Notes: a model not told the origin generated them from the sequence alone. A stretch of DNA of 45,135 nt from Candidatus Limnocylindria bacterium (GCA_039917955.1 JBDSIN010000083.1:1-45135), one strand, 5' to 3'; counted from the first letter of the stretch, positions 19,879 through 37,027 are shown. Program-made: numbers and translations.

Positions 19879-21954
19879 TTAGCTCTTGGACTTCGCGATC
19901 AGCTCGTTGGCGAGGTTGCCGGGGACTTCGGAATAACGGGAGAATTCCATCGAGTAGGTCGCCCGACCCTGCGTCATGCTGCGCAGTTCGGTGGCGTATC
20001 CGAACATCTCGGAGAGTGGCACGAGTGCCTTGATCATCCGCGACGTGCCGCGCTCGTCGATCCCCTCGATGTGGCCGCGGCGCCCATTGAGGTTGCCCAT
20101 GACGTCGCCCATGAAGTCTTCGGGCGAGACGACCTCGACCTTCATGACCGGCTCGAGGATGGCCGGATCAGCCCTGGTGACGCCGTCCTTGGCGGCCATC
20201 GACCCGGCGATCTTGAACGCCATCTCCGACGAGTCTACCTCGTGGAACGATCCGTCGATCAGGGTGGCCTTGATATCGACCACCGGGAACCCGGCGATCA
20301 CGCCCCCGGCGAGGGCGTCGCGGACACCCTCTTCGACCGCCTTCCAGTACTCGCGCGGAACGGCACCGCCGACCACCTTCGATTCGAAGATCACCCCACC
20401 ACCGCGCTCCTGCGGCTCGAGGGTGATCACGGCGTGGCCGTACTGGCCCTTTCCGCCGGTCTGCCGAACGAAGCGACCTTCGGCCTTCACCGCTTTACGG
20501 ATCGTCTCACGGTAGCTCACCTGCGGGCGGCCCACGTTGGCCTGCACCTTGAACTCGCGCAGCATGCGGTCGACGATCACCTCGAGGTGCAGTTCGCCCA
20601 TCCCGGCGATGCGCGTCTGTCCGGACTCCTGGTCGCTCGTGACGCGGAAGGTGGGATCTTCCTCCGCGAGACGCTGCAGGGCGATCGCCATCTTGTCCTG
20701 GTCGGCCTTGGTCTTGGGCTCGACGGCCAGCTCGATGACCGGCTCGGGAAAGGTGATCGCCTCGAGCACGATCGGCTTCGACTCATCGCACAGCGTGTCG
20801 CCGGTGAACGTGTTCTTGAGTCCGACCGCCGCGGCGATCTCTCCGGCGCTGACCGAGTCCATCTCCTCGCGGTGGTTGGCGTGCATCTGCAGGATGCGCC
20901 CGATCCGCTCCCTGGTGTCCTTGGTGGAGTTGTAGACGTAGGAGCCGGTCTTCAGGGTCCCCGAGTAGACACGGAAGAAGGCCAGCTTGCCAACGTATGG
21001 GTCCGCGGCGATCTTGAAGGCGAGGGCGGTGAACGGCTCGGTCGGGTCGGTGTGCCGAGTCGTCTGCTCCCCGTTCCGCGGGTTCGTGCCGGTTACCGGC
21101 TCGACATCGAGTGGCGAAGGGAGGTACTGGATCACCGCATCGAGCATCGGCTGGACGCCCTTGTTCTTGAGCGCTGAGCCGCACAGGACCGGCACGATCT
21201 TGTACGCGAGCGTCCCGGCGCGCAGACCGCGCCGCAGGGTGGCGGCGTCGACCGGCTCGCCTTCCAGGTAGCTGTGGGCGATCTCGTTGTCAAGATCGGC
21301 GACGGCCTCGACCAGCTTGTCGCGCTCGGCGGTCGCCCGCTCGACGTACTCGGCAGGGATCTCGCCGACCTGGATGGTGTCGCCCAGGTCGTTGCCATAG
21401 GTGATCGCCTGCATCTCGAGCAGGTCGATGACGCCGCGGAACTGGTCCTCGGCACCGATCGGGATCTGCACGGGCACGGCGGTCGCACCCAGGCGGTCGC
21501 GGATCATGTCGACCACGTGCCAGAAGTCGGCGCCGGTCCGATCCAGCTTGTTGATGAAGCAGAAGCGAGGCACGCCGTACCGATCTGCCTGGCGCCAGAC
21601 GGTCTCGGACTGCGGCTCCACGCCGGCGACTCCGTCAAACACGACGACCGCGCCATCGAGCACGCGCAGGCTGCGTTCGACCTCCACCGTGAAATCCACG
21701 TGCCCGGGCGTGTCGATAAGATTGATGCGGTGGTCGTCCCAGAAGCAGGTCGTCGCGGCGGCGGTGATGGTGATCCCCCGCTCCTGCTCCTGCTCCATCC
21801 AGTCCATCGTGGCAGCGCCCTCGTGCACCTCGCCGATCTTGTAGATCTTCTTGGTGTAGAACAGGATCCGCTCACTGACGGTGGTCTTGCCGGCGTCGAT
21901 GTGAGCGATGATCCCAATGTTGCGGGTCCGCTCCAGGCCGAAGGTCTGGCTCAT
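19879..21954 (-). CDS. fusA: Elongation factor G
   Basis: 691 aa, [21 protein letters not shown], domains II-V. Confidence 0.98.
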   Translation of the reverse strand: MSQTFGLERTRNIGIIAHIDAGKTTVSERILFYTKKIYKIGEVHEGAATMDWMEQEQERGITITAAATTCFWDDHRINLIDTPGHVDFTVEVERSLRVLDGAVVVFDGVAGVEPQSETVWRQADRYGVPRFCFINKLDRTGADFWHVVDMIRDRLGATAVPVQIPIGAEDQFRGVIDLLEMQAITYGNDLGDTIQVGEIPAEYVERATAERDKLVEAVADLDNEIAHSYLEGEPVDAATLRRGLRAGTLAYKIVPVLCGSALKNKGVQPMLDAVIQYLPSPLDVEPVTGTNPRNGEQTTRHTDPTEPFTALAFKIAADPYVGKLAFFRVYSGTLKTGSYVYNSTKDTRERIGRILQMHANHREEMDSVSAGEIAAAVGLKNTFTGDTLCDESKPIVLEAITFPEPVIELAVEPKTKADQDKMAIALQRLAEEDPTFRVTSDQESGQTRIAGMGELHLEVIVDRMLREFKVQANVGRPQVSYRETIRKAVKAEGRFVRQTGGKGQYGHAVITLEPQERGGGVIFESKVVGGAVPREYWKAVEEGVRDALAGGVIAGFPVVDIKATLIDGSFHEVDSSEMAFKIAGSMAAKDGVTRADPAILEPVMKVEVVSPEDFMGDVMGNLNGRRGHIEGIDERGTSRMIKALVPLSEMFGYATELRSMTQGRATYSMEFSRYSEVPGNLANELIAKSKS

Positions 21955-21961
21955 CGGCGAT

Positions 21962-22435
21962 CTACCACTTGAAGTGGCTGAAGGCCTTGTTCGCCTCGGC
22001 CATCCGATGCGTGTCTTCGCGGCGCTTCACCGCGGCGCCGATCCCGTTGGCGGCGTCCAGGAACTCGGCGGCGAGCTTCTCGCTCATGCTCCGCCCGTTG
22101 CGCTTGCGGGCCGAATCGATCAGCCAGCGCATGCCGAGGCTGATCCGACGGTCGGCGCGAACCTCGATCGGGATCTGATAGGTCGAGCCACCGACACGCT
22201 TGGGCTTGACCTCGATGAGCGGCATCGCGTTGCGAAGCGCGAGCTCCATCACCTCGACGCCGGCGCGTCCTGCCTGCTTCTCGCAGCGGGCGATCGCATC
22301 TTCGAGGATGCGAGAAGCGAGCTGGCGCTTACCGCCGTGCATCAGCTTGTTGGTGAATTGATCGAGCGTCAGCGCGGTGCCGATGAGGTGCTCTTCGTAT
22401 TTGCTCTTGCGAGCAACGGTGTGGCGGCGAGGCAT
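21962..22435 (-). CDS. rpsG: 30S ribosomal protein S7
   Basis: 157 aa, ...[17 protein letters not shown]...AHFKW-type C-terminus. Confidence 0.96.
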   Translation of the reverse strand: MPRRHTVARKSKYEEHLIGTALTLDQFTNKLMHGGKRQLASRILEDAIARCEKQAGRAGVEVMELALRNAMPLIEVKPKRVGGSTYQIPIEVRADRRISLGMRWLIDSARKRNGRSMSEKLAAEFLDAANGIGAAVKRREDTHRMAEANKAFSHFKW

Positions 22436-22442
22436 CGGTCTG

Positions 22443-22862
22443 CTAGCCCTTGCCCGGCGCCTTGGCGCCGTACTTGCTGCGACTCTGCTTGCGGTCGCGC
22501 ACGCCGGCCGCGTCGAGCGTACCGCGCACGATGTGGTACTTCACCGCCGGCAGGTCCTTTACGCGACCGCCGCGGACGAGCACCACCGAGTGCTCCTGGA
22601 GGTTGTGGCCGACGCCGGGGATGTAGGCGGTGATCTCCATCCCGTTGACCAGCCGCACGCGCGCCACCTTCCGAAGGGCCGAGTTCGGCTTCTTCGGCGT
22701 CCGCGTCATCACCTGGATGCACACGCCGCGTCGCTGCGGGGCTCCGCGCCCCTCGGAGGCCGTCTGGGTGAGCGTGTTGAACGTGCGGCGCAGCGCAGGC
22801 GCCTTGACCTTCTTGCTCGACGGCTTCCGGCCCTTGCGGACCAGCTGGCTGATGGTTGGCAA
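22443..22862 (-). CDS. rpsL: 30S ribosomal protein S12 (long, Bacillus-type form)
   Basis: TTG start at 22862 with GAGG 6 nt upstream. (L)[23 protein letters not shown]...[16 protein letters not shown]...[30 protein letters not shown] (139 aa). The upstream part of the track ORF is rejected. Confidence 0.94.
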   Translation of the reverse strand: MPTISQLVRKGRKPSSKKVKAPALRRTFNTLTQTASEGRGAPQRRGVCIQVMTRTPKKPNSALRKVARVRLVNGMEITAYIPGVGHNLQEHSVVLVRGGRVKDLPAVKYHIVRGTLDAAGVRDRKQSRSKYGAKAPGKG

Positions 22863-23017
22863 CGAGAACCTCGCGTCTTGGGATTGCCTGAACGTATGCC
22901 TTTGATCGCTCCCCCGCGGGCGCGCGGCGGCCCTCGAAGGGCCATCCGGTGGCTTCAGCGGGGGGTGCCCGGGCGGGCACACGCAGAGGCGTCCCGCGAG
23001 CGGGACACCGAAGCGCG

Positions 23018-23047
23018 AGTATACGGCTCGGCGCGCGAGAGTGTCAA
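23018..23047 (-). promoter_or_regulatory. Strong sigma-A-type promoter of the rpsL (str) operon
   Basis: Minus strand TTGACA-N18-TATACT (-35 at 23047..23042, -10 at 23023..23018), starting 13 nt after the rpoC stop. Leaves a hairpin-rich leader of about 150 nt before rpsL. Confidence 0.6.
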
Positions 23048-23060
23048 CCGCTCGGGAGGC

Positions 23061-27488
<4,428 letters not shown>

Positions 27489-27609
27489 GAGCGGCTACGA
27501 CTCCTGCGGCTGACGCCGCGACTGGCTCGGATTCCCAGGGCAGACAGCGCCCCGGCATGGGATGGACCGATCTGTGGGAAGCGGTGCCTGCCCGGCGCCG
27601 CCCCCCTGA

Positions 27610-31110
<3,501 letters not shown>

Positions 31111-31159
31111 TCAGGACTCCTCGAAGAGGGCATGGTGGGGCGCGGACACGCGAACGAGG

Positions 31160-31187
31160 AGTATATCAGAAAGCAGGTCCTCGTCAA
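31160..31187 (-). promoter_or_regulatory. Putative dedicated rpoB promoter
   Basis: Minus strand TTGACG-N16-TATACT (or TTTGAC-N17), about 45 nt upstream of the rpoB ATG, which has GAGGAG 7 nt upstream. Confidence 0.45.
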
Positions 31188-31311
31188 ACCGGTCGGGCAT
31201 GGCCCTGAACGCGTTGAGGATTGTGGCCGGGACATGTGGACAACGGCAGGCGGCCGCATCCTTCGACGCGCCAGAATGCTCCCGTCCGCTCAACCGCAGG
31301 AGGCTCGCACC

Positions 31312-31995
31312 ATGCCCAGCAGCCGGTCAGCGCTGATCGCCGAGGCGATCGGCACGTTTCTCTTCTTCTTCGTCGGAGCCGGCTCGATCGTGCTGGGCGA
31401 CTACCTGGTGGCAACCGGTGGTTCCGGAGTCGGCCTGCTCGAAGTGGCGCTGGCCCACGGCCTGGCGCTTGCTGTGCTCGCGTCGGCGCTGGGAGCCGTC
31501 TCCGGCGCGCACTTCAATCCGGCGGTGACCCTGGCCGTGTGGATCATGGGCAAGATCACGGTTCCACGCGCCCTCGGTTACGTTGCGGCCCAGCTCGTCG
31601 GCGCCGCAGCGGCGGGATTCGCGTTGAAGGCCGCGTTCGCGGACGCCTGGCAGGCATCCTCCATCGGCACGCCGGCACTTGGCGCGGGGGTGTCGGAGAT
31701 CTCCGGCATCGCGATCGAGGCTGTGCTCACCGCCCTGCTGGTCCTGGTCGTGATCGGCACAGCGGTCGATCCGCGGGCACCGAAGATCGGCGGGCTGGCG
31801 ATCGGGCTGGCAGTGACCGCCGATATCCTGATCGGCGGCCCGCTGACCGGCGCGGCCATGAACCCGGCCCGCTGGTTCGGTCCGGCTTTGGCCGCCGGCG
31901 CGTTCGACAGCTGGTGGGTGTGGTGGATCGGCCCCGCGGTCGGCGCCGCGGTCGCGGCCCTCGTCTACCGGTTCACCCTCTCCGAGTCGAGTTAG
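31312..31995 (+). CDS. MIP-family channel (aquaporin/glycerol-facilitator-like), 227 aa
   Basis: Both NPA boxes (SGAHFNPAVT, GAAMNPARW) and six hydrophobic segments. ATG 31312 is preceded by AGGAGG. The upstream 60 codons of track ORF 31132.. are rejected. Confidence 0.88.
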   Translation: MPSSRSALIAEAIGTFLFFFVGAGSIVLGDYLVATGGSGVGLLEVALAHGLALAVLASALGAVSGAHFNPAVTLAVWIMGKITVPRALGYVAAQLVGAAAAGFALKAAFADAWQASSIGTPALGAGVSEISGIAIEAVLTALLVLVVIGTAVDPRAPKIGGLAIGLAVTADILIGGPLTGAAMNPARWFGPALAAGAFDSWWVWWIGPAVGAAVAALVYRFTLSESS

Positions 31996-32009
31996 CGGGT
32001 CGGACAAAC

Positions 32010-32044
32010 CGAAGGGCCGGCCCGCTGCCGGGTCCGGCCCTTCG
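32010..32044. terminator. Bidirectional hairpin terminator between the convergent MIP gene and rplL
   Basis: CGAAGGGCCGG...CCGGCCCTTCG, a perfect 11-bp inverted repeat extended by CCCG/CGGG (about 15 bp total). Flanking U-tracts are short (GUUUGU on the minus strand). Confidence 0.6.
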
Positions 32045-32061
32045 AATTCGCAGGAGGTCGA

Positions 32062-32457
32062 CTAGCGGACGTCGACCGCTGCGCCGGCCTCGGCCATCTT
32101 GGCCTTCACGGCCTCGGCCTCTTCCTTGGTGACCCCCTCCTTCACCGCCTTGGGGGCGGCGTCGACGAGGTCCTTCGCCTCCTTCAGGCCCAGGCCGGTC
32201 AGCTCGCGGACCGCCTTGATCACGAGGATCTTGTTCGGGCCGACCTCGGTCAGCACCGCGTCGAATTCGGTCTGCTCCTCGACCGCGGCGGCGGCGCCTG
32301 CATCGCCTCCGGCTGCTGGGGCAGCGGCAACCGCCATCGGGGCGGCCGCGGTGACGCCGTAGCGCTCCTCGAACGCCTTCACCAGATCGGAAAGGTCGAG
32401 GACGGTCATGTTGTCGATCGCCTCGAGAATCTCATCCTTGGTCAGTGTCTTGGCCAT
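32062..32457 (-). CDS. rplL: 50S ribosomal protein L7/L12
   Basis: 131 aa, [35 protein letters not shown]... Ala-rich hinge ...[18 protein letters not shown]... Confidence 0.97.
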   Translation of the reverse strand: MAKTLTKDEILEAIDNMTVLDLSDLVKAFEERYGVTAAAPMAVAAAPAAGGDAGAAAAVEEQTEFDAVLTEVGPNKILVIKAVRELTGLGLKEAKDLVDAAPKAVKEGVTKEEAEAVKAKMAEAGAAVDVR

Positions 32458-32482
32458 GAGTCAGTACGCTCCTTGTTCTTCG

Positions 32483-33025
32483 TCAGGCGGCGGAGCCGCC
32501 CTCGCTTGCTCGCTTCTTGTCGGCTACTGCGGTCAGCACGCCGACGAGGTTTCTCAGGTTGGCCGCCAGGACGCCCGCCATCCCCGCGATCGGGGCGACC
32601 ATGCCGCCGGCCAGCTTGCCGAGCAGCACCTCGCGGCTCGGCAGAGTTGCCAGTCGCTGGAGAGCGGCGGCGTCCACCGCCAGGTTCCCCAGCAGGCCAC
32701 CGCGCAGGGTGACCACCTTGCTGTACGGGCGGAAGGCCTCCTGCAACGCCTTCGCCAGGGCGACCTCGTCGCCGTTGATGGCAGCCAGCGCAGTCGGCCC
32801 GCTCAGCATCGGCTTGAGCTCGCCACGGCCTGCTTCGTCCGCGGCGATCTTCAAAAGGCGGTTCTTGGCGACATGCAGTTCCACACCGCTGGCGCGCAGG
32901 GTCCTTCGCACCGACTGCATGTCGGAGACCTTCAGGCCCCGGTAATCGGCCACGGCCAGCGCAGAGCTGTTGCGGAGCATTTCCGCGAGCTCGGTGACGG
33001 CCTGGCGCTTTGCATCGGTTGGCAT
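32483..33025 (-). CDS. rplJ: 50S ribosomal protein L10
   Basis: ATG 33025: MPTDAKRQAVTELAEMLRNSSALAVADYRGLKVSDMQSVRRTLR... (180 aa). Confidence 0.94.
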   Translation of the reverse strand: MPTDAKRQAVTELAEMLRNSSALAVADYRGLKVSDMQSVRRTLRASGVELHVAKNRLLKIAADEAGRGELKPMLSGPTALAAINGDEVALAKALQEAFRPYSKVVTLRGGLLGNLAVDAAALQRLATLPSREVLLGKLAGGMVAPIAGMAGVLAANLRNLVGVLTAVADKKRASEGGSAA

Positions 33026-33229
33026 TGCGTCCTCTTCTCGTACCTCCGTGACAATGAAAACGGTCCTCGCACACGCACTCGGCACGAGGACCGTCTCCGG
33101 TCGATCTCACTGCCTCGGCGTGCCGCCGGCTTCGGCCGGCAATTCTGCCCGGGGCTTGCACCCGGGTCACATCGCTGTCTGTGGCGACTCTTCGGTTATC
33201 CCGATGAGCTGATTCGGTCTCTTACCTCA
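33026..33229 (-). promoter_or_regulatory. Structured rplJ leader (candidate L10-leader autoregulatory RNA)
   Basis: 204-nt gap in an otherwise compact operon. Several GC hairpins (CCCGGG..CCCGGG, GCCGGC-cgaa-GCCGGC) plus a terminal attenuator hairpin. Family assignment is by position and analogy only. Confidence 0.45.
33051..33094 (-). terminator. Intrinsic-terminator-like attenuator just upstream of rplJ
   Basis: Minus strand ACGGUCCUCG-(15 nt)-CGAGGACCGU, a perfect 10-bp stem, followed by UUUUCAUUGU, ending about 25 nt before the rplJ ATG. Confidence 0.55.
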
Positions 33230-33937
33230 CTACGCGGTGGCGGCGGCCAGCGCCGACGGGATGTCGATCCGCACGCCGGGTCCCATGCTCGGTGCAAGGG
33301 TCAGAGTGCGCATATAGGTGCCCTTGGCACCCGATGGCTTCGCCCGTTGAACGGCGTCCACCAGCGCGATCACGTTGGCGCCGAGCTGCTCCCGGCTGAA
33401 GCTGATCTTCCCCACCGGCGCATGCACGATGCCGGCCCGGTCGACCTTGAACTCGATCCGGCCCGACTTGATCTCCCCCGCCGCGCGCTCGATATCAAAG
33501 GTGACCGTCCCCGACTTTGGGTTCGGCATCAGACCGCGCGGTCCGAGCTTCTTCCCGAGCCGACCGACCATGCCCATCATGTCGGGGGTGGCGATCGCCA
33601 CATCGAATTCGAACCAGCCCGCGTCGATCTTCTTGACCAGGTCCTCGCCACCGACCTCGTCGGCACCGGCGCGGAGAGCCTCCTGGGCCTTCTCACCCTG
33701 GGCGAAGACGATCACCCGGGTCGTGCGGCCGGTTCCGTGCGGCAGGACCACTGTCCCGCGCACCAGCTGGTCGGCGTGACGGGGATCGATACCGAGACGC
33801 AGGTGCGCCTCGACTGTCGCGTCGAATTTGACGGTCGAGACCCGCGGCAGCAGCTCACATGCCTCTTCCACGGTGTAGCGACGTTCCGCCTCGATCAGCT
33901 TCGCTGCCTCGAGGTACTTGCGGCCATGGCGCGCCAT
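33230..33937 (-). CDS. rplA: 50S ribosomal protein L1
   Basis: 235 aa, [16 protein letters not shown]... Confidence 0.96.
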   Translation of the reverse strand: MARHGRKYLEAAKLIEAERRYTVEEACELLPRVSTVKFDATVEAHLRLGIDPRHADQLVRGTVVLPHGTGRTTRVIVFAQGEKAQEALRAGADEVGGEDLVKKIDAGWFEFDVAIATPDMMGMVGRLGKKLGPRGLMPNPKSGTVTFDIERAAGEIKSGRIEFKVDRAGIVHAPVGKISFSREQLGANVIALVDAVQRAKPSGAKGTYMRTLTLAPSMGPGVRIDIPSALAAATA

Positions 33938-34362
33938 CAGTCGGCCACCTCGATGCCCATGCTGCGGGCCGTGCCAGCCACGATCCGCATGGCGTGCTCG
34001 ACGTCGTTGGCGTTGAGATCGGCCATCTTCGCCTCGGCGATCTCACGGAGCTGCTTCTGGCTCACCTTGCCGACCTTGGTGCGGTTCGGCTCCGCCGAGC
34101 CGCTCTCCACCCCGGCGGCGCGCTTCAGGAGCGCGGCGGCCAGCGGCGCCTTGGTCACAAAGGTGAACGAGCGATCCTCGAAGACGGTGATCTCGGCCGG
34201 CACCACGTAGCCGGTCTGGCTGGCGGTGCGCTCGTTGAAGGCTTTGATGAACTCCATGATGTTGATGCCGTGCTGACCCAGCGCGGGGCCGATCGGCGGG
34301 GCGGCGGTCGCCTTCCCGGCGGGCGCCTGCACCTTGAGGATGGTGCGGATCTTCTTTGCCAT
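33937..34362 (-). CDS. rplK: 50S ribosomal protein L11
   Basis: 141 aa, [43 protein letters not shown]... Confidence 0.97.
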   Translation of the reverse strand: MAKKIRTILKVQAPAGKATAAPPIGPALGQHGINIMEFIKAFNERTASQTGYVVPAEITVFEDRSFTFVTKAPLAAALLKRAAGVESGSAEPNRTKVGKVSQKQLREIAEAKMADLNANDVEHAMRIVAGTARSMGIEVAD

Positions 34363-34440
34363 TCGTTCCTCCGAGGTTCGATCGGGGCGGGTTGCGCCCC
34401 TCCCTCTCGCTTGCGGCGGCCGTCGTGGCCGCCATGGTTC

Positions 34441-35064
34441 CTAGAGCTTGTCGATCTGCAGGAAGTCGAGCTCGACCGGGGTCTCCCGGCCGAAGATGCT
34501 GACCAGCACCTTCACCTTGTTGCGCTCCGGGTTCACCTCGTCCACCGTACCGATGAACTCGGCAAACGGACCGTCCTTGACGCGGACGCTCTGTCCCTTG
34601 CTGAACTGGAGCTTGAACTTCGGTGCCTCGACCCCCATCTGCTTGAGGATCTTCTTGACCTCGCCCTCCATGAGCGGGGTCGGGCGATTGCCCGATCCGA
34701 CGAAGCTGGTCACGCCAGGCGTATTGCGCACGACGTACCAGGATTCATCGGTCATCACCATCTCGACCAGGACGTAGCCGGGGAAGACCTTCTTGTTGAC
34801 GGTCTGCCGCTGGCCGTTCTTGATCTCGATCTCCTCCTCCATCGGGACGAGGACCTGGAAGATCTGATCCTCGACACCCATCGATTCGATCCGATGCTCG
34901 AGGTTGGCCTTGACCTTGTTCTCGTATCCGGAGTAGGTGTGGATCACGTACCACTGCTTGGTGGTGCGCTCGGCGGCATACGGGTCGTCGGGCTGCGGCG
35001 CCTCGCGCGACAGCCGCGCGGCCTGGCGGGCCTCGTTGTCGCGTACCTGCTCGTCTTTCATCAC
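34441..35064 (-). CDS. nusG: Transcription termination/antitermination factor NusG (~35-aa N-terminal extension)
   Basis: 207 aa, ...[16 protein letters not shown]... NGN domain, KOW ...[18 protein letters not shown]... Confidence 0.95.
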   Translation of the reverse strand: MMKDEQVRDNEARQAARLSREAPQPDDPYAAERTTKQWYVIHTYSGYENKVKANLEHRIESMGVEDQIFQVLVPMEEEIEIKNGQRQTVNKKVFPGYVLVEMVMTDESWYVVRNTPGVTSFVGSGNRPTPLMEGEVKKILKQMGVEAPKFKLQFSKGQSVRVKDGPFAEFIGTVDEVNPERNKVKVLVSIFGRETPVELDFLQIDKL

Positions 35065-35243
35065 AGAATCTGCTCCACCCCAAAGTGCAGGACCGCGTCA
35101 AGCACCGCGATATAGATCCCCACCGCGATCGAGACGGCGATGACGATCAGCGTCAACTTGACCACCGTCTCACGGGTGGGCCAGGCGACCTTCTTGAGCT
35201 CTGACCAGGCCTCGAGGAGGTACTGGCGGAGGCGACGGAACAC
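35061..35243 (-). CDS. secE: Preprotein translocase subunit SecE (single-TM form)
   Basis: 60 aa, ...[38 protein letters not shown]... GTG start. ATGA-type overlap with nusG. Confidence 0.9.
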   Translation of the reverse strand: MFRRLRQYLLEAWSELKKVAWPTRETVVKLTLIVIAVSIAVGIYIAVLDAVLHFGVEQIL

Positions 35244-35285
35244 AGTGCTTTTCGCTTGCTCCTACATTGGATTGACTGACGGTGC

Positions 35286-35361
35286 TGGCAGGGGCGACAG
35301 GACTCGAACCTGCAACCGCTGGTTTTGGAGACCAGTGCTCTACCAGTTGAGCTACACCCCT
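35286..35361 (-). tRNA. trnW: tRNA-Trp (anticodon CCA), CCA encoded
   Basis: Hand-folded cloverleaf: acceptor AGGGGUG/CGCCCCU, anticodon stem CUGGU/ACCAG with loop CUCCAAA, T-loop UUCGAGU. Classic rpmG-tRNA-Trp-secE position. Confidence 0.93.
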
Positions 35362-35373
35362 CCGACGCTCTGC

Positions 35374-35562
35374 CTACTTCGTCTCCCGATGCAGGGTGTG
35401 CTGCCGGCAGCGTGGGCAGAACTTGTTGAGCTCCAGTCGCCCGGGGTCGTTCTTCTTGTTCTTCCGGGTGCTGTACGTGCGCTCCTTGCAGGTAGTGCAC
35501 GCCAACGCGATTACCGGGCGATTTTCGGCCTTGGCCACAGTTCGTTTCCCTGTCCGAACCAC
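35374..35562 (-). CDS. rpmG: 50S ribosomal protein L33 (zinc-binding CxxC...CxxC form); start ATG 35562 or internal GTG near 35538
   Basis: ...[53 protein letters not shown]. Confidence 0.9.
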   Translation of the reverse strand: MVRTGKRTVAKAENRPVIALACTTCKERTYSTRKNKKNDPGRLELNKFCPRCRQHTLHRETK

Positions 35563-35612
35563 CCGGCGCCGCCCATGCTGAATAAGGTCGGGAGACCGGG
35601 GGAGATACGCGG

Positions 35613-35642
35613 ATTCTAGGGCTCAGCCGGTCGTGCTGTCAA
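35613..35642 (-). promoter_or_regulatory. Strong sigma-A-type promoter for rpmG-tRNA-Trp-secE-nusG-rplKAJL
   Basis: Minus strand TTGACA-N18-TAGAAT. The -35 (35642..35637) lies inside the last codons of the upstream membrane-protein gene; the -10 (35618..35613) is just past its stop. Confidence 0.55.
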
Positions 35643-36675
35643 CGACCTCGCCGGCCGGGTTGCGGTGCGCCAGCACGATCCGGGTGAACGGCAGACGGAT
35701 ATCGCTGAAGACCTCGATGCTCACCAGGAAGCCAACGAAGATGAGCAGGACGCCCAGGAACTCACCGAGGAAGAAGGACCAGGTCACGCCGAAACGATTC
35801 AGGCCACTCGTCCAGCCCGGGATGAAGCCGCCGAGCGCGATGAGCAGCGTCGCCGGCACACGCGAGTTGAGCGTCCCGGCGCGGTAGGCTCGAACGGCAC
35901 CCGGGATGCTGGCGACGAAGTTGACCGTCACGGCCGCCGCGCGCCCGACCGCCCCAATCAGCGGCGGTCCACCCTCGATCCGCAGCAAGCGGCGCTTCGG
36001 CATGAAGATGTAGGCGGAGTAGACGGCACCGAAGACCAGCGCGAAGGCGCCGGTGATGTTGAACGGCGGCGTGAGGATGCGCAGATCGCTCGGGAAGGCG
36101 GTGCCGATCGGGACCCCGGTCGCAGGATCGAGTGCGTAGCCAGGTGCCGCCACGGGTACGGTGATCACCAGGACGGTGACGATCGCGGAGGCGATGAGCA
36201 GGATGGCCGCGGTTGCATGCGCCACCCAGCGGCGGTCGAAGCGGGTGAGCAGCGCCAGGACGAGCGCGCCGACCGCAGAGTAGGCCACCACCTCCGCCAC
36301 CGCCGCCCCCGAGGCCGGCACTCCTTCCTTTGCGCGCGCGGCAGCCGCCAGGATGCTGAAGAGCCCTCCGGCAAACAGGGAGAAGGCCACGAAATAGCCG
36401 AAACGGGTGCGGTTGAGCAGATAGACCGTGCCCAGGCCCAGGTACGCCGCAACCCCGAAGGCGCCGATGAGATACCAGACCCGGTAGAGCGGCTCGTTCC
36501 AGCCCCAGGCGCTGCCGACGAACTCGGTGCCGGCGCTGATCCCGTACCAGAGCAGACCGATCGCCCACACCAGCTGAAACGGCTGCCTCCGCCGCAGCCA
36601 CTGGTCGGCGACCATGGCGGCGAAGACGAAGGAGAGGAGTGATGAGAGGAGTGGTAGCACCACGTTGAAGCTCAT
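35623..36675 (-). CDS. Polytopic membrane protein of unknown function (~10 predicted TM helices)
   Basis: 350-aa ORF with high GC3 and alternating hydrophobic stretches and short Arg/Lys loops (MSFNVVLPLLSSLLSFVFAAMVADQWLRRRQPFQLVWAIGLLWYG...). No motif I can assign to a known family. Confidence 0.7.
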   Translation of the reverse strand: MSFNVVLPLLSSLLSFVFAAMVADQWLRRRQPFQLVWAIGLLWYGISAGTEFVGSAWGWNEPLYRVWYLIGAFGVAAYLGLGTVYLLNRTRFGYFVAFSLFAGGLFSILAAAARAKEGVPASGAAVAEVVAYSAVGALVLALLTRFDRRWVAHATAAILLIASAIVTVLVITVPVAAPGYALDPATGVPIGTAFPSDLRILTPPFNITGAFALVFGAVYSAYIFMPKRRLLRIEGGPPLIGAVGRAAAVTVNFVASIPGAVRAYRAGTLNSRVPATLLIALGGFIPGWTSGLNRFGVTWSFFLGEFLGVLLIFVGFLVSIEVFSDIRLPFTRIVLAHRNPAGEVVDSTTG

Positions 36676-36706
36676 CGCCGTCCGGGCCTCCTGCGCACGC
36701 TGGATG

Positions 36707-36782
36707 TGGAGCCCACGTCCGGGTTCGAACCGGAGACCTCTTCCTTACCAAGGAAGTGCTCTGCCTGCTGAGCTACGTGGGC
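36707..36782 (-). tRNA. trnT: tRNA-Thr (anticodon GGU), CCA encoded
   Basis: GCCCACG-UA-GCUC-AGCAGGCA-GAGC-A-CUUCC-UUGGUAA-GGAAG-AGGUC-UCCGG-UUCGAAC-CCGGA-CGUGGGC-U-CCA. Confidence 0.93.
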
Positions 36783-36791
36783 GTGCGCCGG

Positions 36792-36821
36792 ATTCTGCGG
36801 GAGCCGATGGAGCATCCGCAA
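36792..36821 (-). promoter_or_regulatory. Possible promoter immediately upstream of tRNA-Thr(GGU)
   Basis: Minus strand TTGCGG-N18-CAGAAT, with the -10 ending 9 nt before the mature tRNA 5-prime end. Overlaps a 7-bp inverted repeat. Confidence 0.3.
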
Positions 36822-36900
36822 CCATCGGTCTTTATCGGTAAATCTATGTATTGGATTTGGCCGAGCGAGACCGATGCGTGCGTGACCGAACGAGTGGTGA

Positions 36901-36985
36901 TGGTGGGCAGGGAGGGAATCGAACCCCCACAGTCGAAGACGGCTGATCTACAGTCAGCGGAGCTCACCACCTGCTCAACCTACCC
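36901..36985 (-). tRNA. trnY: tRNA-Tyr (anticodon GUA), long variable arm, CCA encoded
   Basis: Acceptor GGGUAGG/CCUGCCC, anticodon stem GCUGA/UCAGC with loop CUGUAGA, 13-15 nt variable arm, T-loop UUCGAUU. Confidence 0.92.
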
Positions 36986-37027
36986 ACGGATCCCGATCGA
37001 CAGGGGGTGCGCTGTCGACCGGACGGG

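Noticed and set aside
31188-31311. Promoter or riboswitch upstream of the MIP gene.
   Set aside because: CAGAAT (31272-31277) and TGGACA (31237-31242) each lack a properly spaced partner element. No conserved riboswitch-like fold is evident.
34363-34440. Two small GC hairpins (34415-34433 and 34385-34400) in the nusG-rplK spacer, considered as an L1-binding L11 leader.
   Set aside because: The idea is plausible by position, but I cannot recognise the L1 recognition motif from sequence alone. It would need a covariance-model search.
36804-36828. 7-bp inverted repeat CCGATGG-N11-CCATCGG in the tRNA-Tyr/tRNA-Thr spacer, considered as a terminator or operator.
   Set aside because: The stem is short, there is no convincing U-tract on the transcribed (minus) strand, and it overlaps the weak putative promoter. 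There is insufficient evidence for any specific role.
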